Below, in pieces: positions 26,953 to 33,783 of a DNA stretch of 64,000 bases (its first letter is position 1; each line of letters begins with the position of its first letter). This stretch comes from an uncultured Bacteroidales bacterium (GTDB taxonomy: Bacteria > Bacteroidota > Bacteroidia > Bacteroidales > UBA11471), in assembly GCA_947625885.1 (NCBI GenBank), contig CANQQA010000003.1, positions 64,726-128,725 of the forward strand, in the 5' to 3' direction. The notes under the pieces are model-generated. The model searched no databases and was not told where the DNA came from. It was given only the letters and a program-made list of their open reading frames with translations. Made by a program: the position numbers and the translations under genes.

Positions 26953-27293
26953 ATCGAAATAATTAAAGTTTTTACGCCTTTCTTGTTTGCATAATCAATG
27001 GTGTATTTCGTGCCTTTTGATGTGCCATTCCAAAATGCAACGACCATATCGGAATTATCCACAATTTCACGGTTGCGTATGAATGTTGCCCCACGCCCGT
27101 TCTTTGCATAATCTGGGCGAAATTCAATGAGTTCAAGCTCATGTTGCCTTGCATATTGTGCAGCGAGAGAATCAATGCCCTTTGCCCCGCCGGAAATAAT
27201 TGCATCACACGAATGCAAGGTTATGTGCCTTTCAAGTTCTTCTGCAAAAGAAATATTGCCAAGTTCACGTGAACCAACGATTGCGATTTTCAT
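26949..27293 (-). CDS. DprA-like SLOG domain protein (DUF2493-like)
   Basis: MKIAIVGSRE...IISGGAKGIDSLAAQYA...GATFIRNREIV...VVAFWNGTSKGT matches the stand-alone SLOG/DUF2493 pattern. It overlaps the ParB-PRTase start. Confidence 0.7.
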   Translation of the reverse strand: MKIAIVGSRELGNISFAEELERHITLHSCDAIISGGAKGIDSLAAQYARQHELELIEFRPDYAKNGRGATFIRNREIVDNSDMVVAFWNGTSKGTKYTIDYANKKGVKTLIISI

Positions 27294-27301
27294 TGTTGTG
27301 C

Positions 27302-27319
27302 GTTTTATAGTAATACATT
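27302..27319 (-). promoter_or_regulatory. Recurrent phage motif copy (aatgtattactataaaac on the minus strand)
   Basis: Ends 8 nt upstream of the minus-strand ATG at 27293 (SLOG gene). Confidence 0.55.
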
Positions 27320-27327
27320 TTTTTTGA

Positions 27328-27597
27328 CTAAAATAATTTATATGTAGTTGTGAATGAACATTCTTCTATATCACCACGTGTTTCATACTTACCCGTTTCC
27401 ACAAGTTTTGTAATGGCTGCAATGGGGATTAATACGCCCAATCCTTTACCTTTGGATTGGAACACCCATACAGATGTTCCGGATTTAACCATGTAACCGA
27501 TTTTGAAATAATCGTTTGTCCCATTAAACCCATTATAATATGAAATATTCTTACCCATAATGGCTTGTTTGATATATTGCATTGTAATTGCTGCCAT
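27328..27597 (-). CDS. Hypothetical protein (inverted cassette)
   Basis: 89-aa ORF. Confidence 0.45.
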   Translation of the reverse strand: MAAITMQYIKQAIMGKNISYYNGFNGTNDYFKIGYMVKSGTSVWVFQSKGKGLGVLIPIAAITKLVETGKYETRGDIEECSFTTTYKLF

Positions 27598-27608
27598 CGT
27601 AGAACGTT

Positions 27609-27944
27609 TTAATCATTTGAAATTGGTTTGGTTGGAATGCTGTTCAAAGCCGTAATGATGTCATTTTTATATGACCACCTTTTGGCTAAAATAATGCCGC
27701 GAAAGGCATTTGATTTGACAATGCCCCATTTCTCCACAACTGAAAATTCGTTGTTGTCAAAAGGGTTGTCATATACTCTCCATTTAGCGAATCTTTCAAA
27801 GTGTGTTACCCATACAGATGAGCCGGAAAGGCGGTTTGAATGCCTTTGCCCGCATAAACGTATTGATGATGTCAATTCAACACACAGTTTTGTTGGTGTT
27901 GATTCTATGATTTTGAATTTTTGGATTATTGCTTGTTTCTTCAT
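27609..27944 (-). CDS. Hypothetical protein (inverted cassette)
   Basis: 111-aa ORF. Confidence 0.45.
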   Translation of the reverse strand: MKKQAIIQKFKIIESTPTKLCVELTSSIRLCGQRHSNRLSGSSVWVTHFERFAKWRVYDNPFDNNEFSVVEKWGIVKSNAFRGIILAKRWSYKNDIITALNSIPTKPISND

Positions 27945-27992
27945 TGTTGCGATTTTTTTTGATTGGTTGTTTCGTTTTTAGAATGCCCAACA

Positions 27993-28220
27993 TTATTCCC
28001 AGTATGCGACTGCGTAGACCTCTTTATTGCTATCTTCATCAATCACGTATATAGCGTATGTTTCTCCGCTCCAACTTTCAAGCTCTCTCGGACACGGGAA
28101 AGCCGAACAATCGGCGCTTCGGTATTCTATGCGGCAATTGCCGCCATAATAATTTACAAAATCGTTTACCATTTCTTCTGCCTCGCTGTATGTGTAGGCA
28201 CTTTCTCTTTTTGTTTTCAT
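27993..28220 (-). CDS. Hypothetical protein (first gene of the inverted cassette)
   Basis: 75-aa acidic ORF. Confidence 0.45.
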   Translation of the reverse strand: MKTKRESAYTYSEAEEMVNDFVNYYGGNCRIEYRSADCSAFPCPRELESWSGETYAIYVIDEDSNKEVYAVAYWE

Positions 28221-28254
28221 TTTTCTTTTTGTTTTAAGCTGTTATTGTTAGCGT

Positions 28255-28272
28255 GTTTTATAGTAACACACC
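28255..28272 (-). promoter_or_regulatory. Recurrent phage motif copy (ggtgtgttactataaaac on the minus strand)
   Basis: Ends 34 nt upstream of the minus-strand ATG at 28220. Confidence 0.5.
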
Positions 28273-28376
28273 GCAAATATAATAGTTATATTTAATATAA
28301 CAAACTTTTTCGGCAAAAAATGCACTTGCAATGCAAAATGTTGATAAGTTAAGCACAAATAGACTTGCATATATCA

Positions 28377-28394
28377 TTTGTATCACTATAAAAC
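28377..28394 (+). promoter_or_regulatory. Recurrent phage motif copy (tttgtatcactataaaac)
   Basis: Ends 44 nt upstream of the ATG at 28439. It lies between the candidate -33 and -7 boxes. Confidence 0.55.
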
Positions 28395-28438
28395 ATTATA
28401 TTTTTGTGATGATTTGTTGAACATAAATTTTCAAAAAA

Positions 28439-29131
28439 ATGAAAGAAACGATTTTGGCACTACTGATTGCGAAGTTTTCAGGCGTGCGAAAGGACGGATT
28501 GGCGGTGCTGGCACGTTCCCTTGCGTTACAGTGCGCAACCGAAGATGATGCGAAAGCCCTTGTTGAAAAAATCACCGATGCGCAAGTGAATGAATACGTC
28601 AAGGACTATCGCACCGAAGTGGATAAAGAAGTGTCCAACAGTAACAAGACATTTGAATCGAACTTGCGAAAGAAGTACAACTTCGTTGAGCGGCAAACGG
28701 AACCCGGCAACGAGCCACAACGCGAAGATATGGACAGCGTCCGCAAGATTGTGAAAGAGGCTGTTGCGGAAGCGGTAACGCCACTTCAAGAAAGATTGTC
28801 AAGTTACGAACAAGGCAACATTGAGAAAACAAGGCTTCAAACATTGAACGAAAAATTGGCTGATTGCAAGGACGAAACTTTCAAGGCGCAAACATTGAAA
28901 GATTTTTCCCGCATGAAGTTCGATACGGACAATGACTTCAATGAATACTTGAACGAAAAGGTTGCGGACATTGCAACGGCAAATCAAAATGTTGCCAATG
29001 CAAAATTGAGTAATTCTGGCGGAATACCGCTGTTTTCACAAAAAGAGGAAAGCGGTGTGTCCAAAGGTGTTGCCGATTTCTTGGCAAACCAAAAAACCGA
29101 TAACAACCCGTTATCTGGTAAAGAACTCTAA
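28439..29131 (+). CDS. Probable capsid scaffolding protein
   Basis: 230 aa, acidic and coiled-coil rich, two genes upstream of the major capsid gene. Confidence 0.5.
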   Translation: MKETILALLIAKFSGVRKDGLAVLARSLALQCATEDDAKALVEKITDAQVNEYVKDYRTEVDKEVSNSNKTFESNLRKKYNFVERQTEPGNEPQREDMDSVRKIVKEAVAEAVTPLQERLSSYEQGNIEKTRLQTLNEKLADCKDETFKAQTLKDFSRMKFDTDNDFNEYLNEKVADIATANQNVANAKLSNSGGIPLFSQKEESGVSKGVADFLANQKTDNNPLSGKEL

Positions 29132-29154
29132 GTAAAACAAAAAAAGTCAAAACA

Positions 29155-29721
29155 ATGTCATTGATAATCAAAAGAAAAAAAGACAATCGCGTTGTGAAGT
29201 GTATTCTTCACCGCGTGGCGGACATACCCGGCGGCGTAACTGTATCGGTTGCCAACTTGGGTGGGTCGGCATTGTTTGAGGGTACACCTATTGGCAAGGG
29301 TTCAAACGGTCTTTATACGGTATGTAAGACCGCACAGGTAATCACCGAAGCAGCGGCAGAAGCGACAACTTATGAGGTGGCAAAAGGACACCACTTCAAG
29401 GTAGGCGACAGATTTGCGACTGCGGCTTGTAACGGTCAAGTGATTACAGCCATTGACAAAACAGACGCCTCAAAAGATGTTATAACCGTCGAAGCAACGC
29501 TTGGCGCAAAGGTTAATGCCGGCACTTGCGCATTTGAATCAAGTGGAGCCAACAAAACACTGAAAGTTACACCCGTGGCAATCGCTGGTACAAACTCCGA
29601 TGTGGAAAATGGCGACAACTTGTTTGTTGATGCGTGGGTTATCGGTGTCGTAAATGCCGCAACAACCCCGCCCGTATCTGATGCCCACAAAGCGGCATTA
29701 AAGACAATCGCTTATGTTTAA
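29155..29721 (+). CDS. Head-associated protein (decoration-like position)
   Basis: 188 aa, Gly/Ala/Thr-rich, between the scaffold and major capsid genes. Function inferred from position only. Confidence 0.35.
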   Translation: MSLIIKRKKDNRVVKCILHRVADIPGGVTVSVANLGGSALFEGTPIGKGSNGLYTVCKTAQVITEAAAEATTYEVAKGHHFKVGDRFATAACNGQVITAIDKTDASKDVITVEATLGAKVNAGTCAFESSGANKTLKVTPVAIAGTNSDVENGDNLFVDAWVIGVVNAATTPPVSDAHKAALKTIAYV

Positions 29722-29741
29722 CCCATAAAAAATAAACCAAT

Positions 29742-30845
29742 ATGCAAAAATCATTAATGGTTGGGTTGAATGAAAAGGACATGGAAGCCGTAATTCACTC
29801 TTACGACCTCAAAGATTACTATTATCCAACCCTTTTCCCCCTCAAAGAAACAAATTTCTTGACGTGGAAAATGCTTGAAGCGCAATCGGGCTTGAAGATT
29901 GCAGCAGACCTTGTTTCAAGGGGTGCGACAATTCCTAAAAAGACACGTGAAGCGATTTCGCGCATTCAAGGTGATATACCCAAAATATCAATCGCGCGAG
30001 AGAAAAACGAAGATGAATTGACCGAATACGACATAATGGTGGCAATGTCGAGTACTAACCCCGACTTGAAAGCCCTTGTCGAATTTTGGGCAGAAGATAC
30101 CAAGTTTTGTTGGGACGGCGTGGCAGCCCGTGCGGAATGGATTGCCTTACGGCAAATTTCGCTCGGACAGGTCAGATTCACCAATTCAAACAACGCCGCG
30201 GTCGTTACGGAATACAACGTCGATTATTTGATTCCGTCGGAACAGAAAATTGGCGTGTCCACGTCATACACAAGCGGGACTGGCGCAAAACCCCTTTCGG
30301 TTGATATTCCGAAAGCACTCAAACTTGGTAAAAAGTTGGGCGCATCGTACAAATTCGCATTTATGAACGTGGACACTTTCGAGAAGTTTGCTTCGCAAGA
30401 AGAAGTCTTGAAAAAATGTTCGTCTTACATTCAGAATGTATCTGGTGTTCAAGATGCACCCGACCTTACAACCGTGAACGCCTATCTTGCCAAGAAGAAA
30501 GAGCTTTACCGCGGCTTGCAGATTATTGTAATCGACCAAGAGATTACGATTGAACTTGCCGATGGTTCGCGCCAAACCTCAAATCCATTCGAGGACGATG
30601 TAATTCTTTTCAGCGAGAGCAAGGTTCTTGGAAGCACATATTGGAAAAAACCTATTGATGCAAAGAAGATGCCCGGCAGCGTCGCCGATAAGGTTATGCA
30701 CGGACACACTTTGGTCAAGAAGTATTCCGAAGAATCGCCGGTTAAAGAAGTTACCGAGGGAATTGCAAACCTTTTCCCAGCATGGAATCTTGCCGGTCGA
30801 AGTGTGTTGATGCAGACAAATGACACCGGCTGGAACAAGAACTAA
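29742..30845 (+). CDS. Major capsid protein
   Basis: 367 aa, with size and position typical of HK97-fold / major capsid protein E-like proteins. Followed by a strong terminator. Confidence 0.75.
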   Translation: MQKSLMVGLNEKDMEAVIHSYDLKDYYYPTLFPLKETNFLTWKMLEAQSGLKIAADLVSRGATIPKKTREAISRIQGDIPKISIAREKNEDELTEYDIMVAMSSTNPDLKALVEFWAEDTKFCWDGVAARAEWIALRQISLGQVRFTNSNNAAVVTEYNVDYLIPSEQKIGVSTSYTSGTGAKPLSVDIPKALKLGKKLGASYKFAFMNVDTFEKFASQEEVLKKCSSYIQNVSGVQDAPDLTTVNAYLAKKKELYRGLQIIVIDQEITIELADGSRQTSNPFEDDVILFSESKVLGSTYWKKPIDAKKMPGSVADKVMHGHTLVKKYSEESPVKEVTEGIANLFPAWNLAGRSVLMQTNDTGWNKN

Positions 30846-30850
30846 TATTT

Positions 30851-30887
30851 GACCTTTGGGGCAATTGCTGCGCCCCAAAGGTCTTTT
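30851..30887 (+). terminator. Rho-independent terminator after the major capsid gene
   Basis: gacctttggggc (30851-30862) pairs with gccccaaaggtc (30872-30883) and is followed by tttt. Confidence 0.7.
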
Positions 30888-30902
30888 GCAAGACAATATG
30901 TT

Positions 30903-31217
30903 ATGACGAACAAAGAGTATTTGACCAAATCATTAAACGGGCTTAACGTAAGCGAAGATGATATTGATATTATCTTGGTGAAAGGTGGGCTTGGTGCCGA
31001 TGATACGGTGGACACAAAATCTTGCGATGTATCTGTTTACAATCGAATGTCGGTTGTTCTAAAAGGTATGTTGCAAAACGTGTCCGAGGGTGGTTATTCC
31101 ATTTCGTGGAATATGGAAGCCGTAAAAATGTATTATTCGGCACTATGTAATGAATTGGGAAAAGAAAACGTGTTGGTCGCACGCCCTAAAATTCGTAACC
31201 GTTCAAATATTTGGTGA
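30903..31217 (+). CDS. Head-tail connector-region protein
   Basis: MTNKEYL start. Called from position only. Confidence 0.4.
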   Translation: MTNKEYLTKSLNGLNVSEDDIDIILVKGGLGADDTVDTKSCDVSVYNRMSVVLKGMLQNVSEGGYSISWNMEAVKMYYSALCNELGKENVLVARPKIRNRSNIW

Positions 31218-31219
31218 TT

Positions 31220-31555
31220 ATGGAATTGGTGAAACAATACCCGCATTTTCTTTTCATCGAAGAAGCTACCGAATCCGTGCAAGATTCGCAAGGTAATTGG
31301 ACGGAATGCACACAATTGCGCAAATTCATTTCAATGTGTCGCGAGGAATCCGACGGGAAAGGTACCGAATACCAAGTTGCAGGTGGTGAATACATCAAGG
31401 CGACATCTGTTATTCAGTTGCCAATCACTTGCCCAAAGGTGGACAAAGGCACAAAGGTGATAGTTGCAAATGACCATGATTGTAACGACATACGCATTGC
31501 CGGTATATGTTTGAACTTTGACCCAGCGCAGCTTCATTCAAGATTATGGGTATAA
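31220..31555 (+). CDS. Head-tail adaptor-region protein
   Basis: The ATG at 31220 (MELVKQ) is preferred over the TTG at 31211. Called from position only. Confidence 0.4.
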   Translation: MELVKQYPHFLFIEEATESVQDSQGNWTECTQLRKFISMCREESDGKGTEYQVAGGEYIKATSVIQLPITCPKVDKGTKVIVANDHDCNDIRIAGICLNFDPAQLHSRLWV

Positions 31556-32013
31556 AAGCGAACTTCACCAAAGACGATGTAAGAAAACAATTCGATGCTT
31601 TTCTTGACATGGTCGAGCAAAAGCAAATCGAGAGGTTGCAAAGGCTTGGTGAAATGTGCTTGATAGAAGCACGCAACAACAAAGGTTATATGGTTCAGAC
31701 GGGGGCATTGCTTTCGTCCACTGGTTATGAAGTCTTTGTTGATGGTGTTGCAATACATTCACAATTTGATGTGGCAAGCGGCGCGGAAAGCGAAGCAGCG
31801 GCAAGGGGTATAAAAACTGGGCAATCAATTGCCGAAAAGGTTGGCAAGGAAACTACGGGTGTTGCCCTTGTTGTGGTTGCTGGTATGAATTACGCGGCTT
31901 ATGTCGAAGCAAAAGGGTATAACGTATTGTCGAGTGCAGAACATCTTGCAGAGCGGGAATTACCCCGAATGCTGGAAAAACTGATTACAAACATCAAACG
32001 TGCGGCGGAATAA
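31546..32013 (+). CDS. Head closure / neck-region protein
   Basis: 155 aa, with overlapping starts and stops in the neck-gene run. Confidence 0.4.
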   Translation: MGIKANFTKDDVRKQFDAFLDMVEQKQIERLQRLGEMCLIEARNNKGYMVQTGALLSSTGYEVFVDGVAIHSQFDVASGAESEAAARGIKTGQSIAEKVGKETTGVALVVVAGMNYAAYVEAKGYNVLSSAEHLAERELPRMLEKLITNIKRAAE

Positions 32014-32417
32014 TGAAAACCACATTTGACACTGATGGAATCTTGTTTGACTTGTTGAATGGAAAGATGACCAACAAAGGTGGTTGTTATGTCGGTGATG
32101 ATAGACCAGAAAATTCAACAAGTGAAGATGTTGTTGTAAATACTATTGATTTGACGCAAGATTGTTTGCCTCAAATTGGTACGTCCAACATCAACATTTA
32201 TGTTCAAGACACAAGCAAGAAAATCAACGGTAAAATGCAGATTTCAGCAAATCGCACACGATTGAAATCTTTGGCAAAAGAAGCATTAGAACTTGTAAGA
32301 AATGCGAATCTTGAAGGCTTAATGATTATTCCCGGCAACATGACAATTATGTACGAGCCAAATACGAAGCAACATTTCGCCAACATTCGCATTGATTGGA
32401 ACATTCAAATCGAATAA
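32013..32417 (+). CDS. Tail completion-region protein
   Basis: 134 aa. Called from position only. Confidence 0.4.
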   Translation: MKTTFDTDGILFDLLNGKMTNKGGCYVGDDRPENSTSEDVVVNTIDLTQDCLPQIGTSNINIYVQDTSKKINGKMQISANRTRLKSLAKEALELVRNANLEGLMIIPGNMTIMYEPNTKQHFANIRIDWNIQIE

Positions 32418-32433
32418 TTTTAATTTATATAGT

Positions 32434-32934
32434 ATGGACAGAACATCATTAATCACGCTTGGGCTTTGCGAAATCAAAGTCGGTGCTGCCGCACCCGATG
32501 GAACAATGCCCGCAGAAATGAACAAGATTGGCAAGACTTATCAAGACACTTGCAAGATTGCGCAAGATGCCGCAGAGGTAACGGAGCATTACGAAGAGGG
32601 TATGGCAGCTCCGGAAGTTCGCAAAAAGAAACGAAAAATCCCCCGTCTTACATTCTCCATTATGGACGCAAATGTGGACGACCTTGTTTCATACGTTGGC
32701 GGTGAAAAACTTGAAGATGAATCTTGGGGCTATAACGGCGACGAAGTAGTTGCAAACAAGGCAATCCGTGTGATTACCGAAAAGGGGCTTGACTTCGACA
32801 TTCCGAATGGCGACATTGAAGCGGTAATCAACGCCGATATGTCGTCAAAGGGAATTTTCCTTGTGGATTTCACTGTTACCCCAATGGCTGTGTCGAAAGG
32901 AAAAGCCTTGAAAGGTGTACCCAAGAAAGGCTAA
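32434..32934 (+). CDS. Probable major tail protein
   Basis: 166 aa from the ATG at 32434. It is the last gene before the chaperone and tape measure genes and is followed by a terminator hairpin. Confidence 0.5.
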   Translation: MDRTSLITLGLCEIKVGAAAPDGTMPAEMNKIGKTYQDTCKIAQDAAEVTEHYEEGMAAPEVRKKKRKIPRLTFSIMDANVDDLVSYVGGEKLEDESWGYNGDEVVANKAIRVITEKGLDFDIPNGDIEAVINADMSSKGIFLVDFTVTPMAVSKGKALKGVPKKG

Positions 32935-32953
32935 TCGGGGTGCATTAACGTAA

Positions 32954-32988
32954 GAAGCCCCCGGAATGTTTCAGTTTTCGGGGGCTTC
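32954..32988 (+). terminator. Hairpin terminator/attenuator after the major tail gene
   Basis: gaagcccccg (32954-32963) pairs with cgggggcttc (32979-32988). Confidence 0.6.
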
Positions 32989-33009
32989 AATTATTTAATA
33001 TCAACTGGT

Positions 33010-33579
33010 ATGGACGACGATAAGAAGAAACTTGAACAAGAACGTGCGGAGCTTAACACATTGATTGGTAAGGGTGTGTCATTTGAGGTAAAAGACACCG
33101 AATTTGATGTGGAACGGCGGTTCTTTGGAATTGTTAAGAAATACAAGCCACGTGAGGTAACAAGAACATTCAAAATTGAAGAAATGACGCTTGCCACACT
33201 TGACCGTATTTCAGTAGAAACAATCGAATTTGCAATTGATGAAAAGGCAATGAAATCGGCAGATTCAATGCAACGTGCAAGAAGTCTTGCCCGTGAACAT
33301 TCCATTCGTTGTGCAAGGGTTGTTGCTATCGCAGTTCTTGGTGAAGATAGATTGGTTCCTATTCACGGTAAAGGGGTAACAAGGTGGGTTGAAGATACAA
33401 AACGGCTTGACGAATTAACGGCATTGTTCGCAAGAAAAATAAAACCATCGGTACTATACAAACTTTACGTCATTGTGAATGCAATGAGCAATTTGGGGGA
33501 TTTTATGAACTCTATTCGATTGATGCAACAAGAAAGAACCACAATGCCGATTCGGATAGAGAAAACCAACAAGGATTAA
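33010..33579 (+). CDS. Tail assembly chaperone (G-like)
   Basis: 189 aa, immediately upstream of the tape measure gene. An overlapping -1-frame extension is present. Confidence 0.6.
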   Translation: MDDDKKKLEQERAELNTLIGKGVSFEVKDTEFDVERRFFGIVKKYKPREVTRTFKIEEMTLATLDRISVETIEFAIDEKAMKSADSMQRARSLAREHSIRCARVVAIAVLGEDRLVPIHGKGVTRWVEDTKRLDELTALFARKIKPSVLYKLYVIVNAMSNLGDFMNSIRLMQQERTTMPIRIEKTNKD

Positions 33580-33782
33580 ACAGTCCTTATGGTCGTCGAG
33601 GGGCTATATGTCAGCACTTCGGGTGGACTTATGATTACTTGTTACATGGCATTACGTGGTCGGTTGTTCAACGTATGATGATTGATGCCCCAAGTTATGA
33701 TTTAGACAATGGGGTTGAAGAAATCAAATTAACAGAGAACAACGGGGAACAAATATTGAATTACGTAAACAGTATGATGTAA
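33411..33782 (+). other. ATG-less -1-frame extension of the chaperone gene (GT-like programmed frameshift product)
   Basis: The -1 frame relative to 33010..33579 is open from 33411 to a TAA at 33780-33782, one nt before the tape measure ATG. The 33580-33782 gap is otherwise non-coding. An A-rich run gaaaaataaaac lies at 33434-33445. Confidence 0.5.
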
Positions 33783-33783
33783 T

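Larger units (their letters stand above)
28221..28438. promoter_or_regulatory. Divergent promoter region between the inverted cassette and the capsid module
   Basis: Two divergent copies of the 18-nt motif lie at 28255-28272 (-) and 28377-28394 (+). GCAATGCAAAAT is at 28328-28339 and AAGCACAAA at 28351-28359, both also present in the immunity region. On the plus strand a TTTG at 28377-28380 and a TAttTTTG at 28399-28406 fit the Bacteroides -33/-7 promoter type. Confidence 0.5.
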
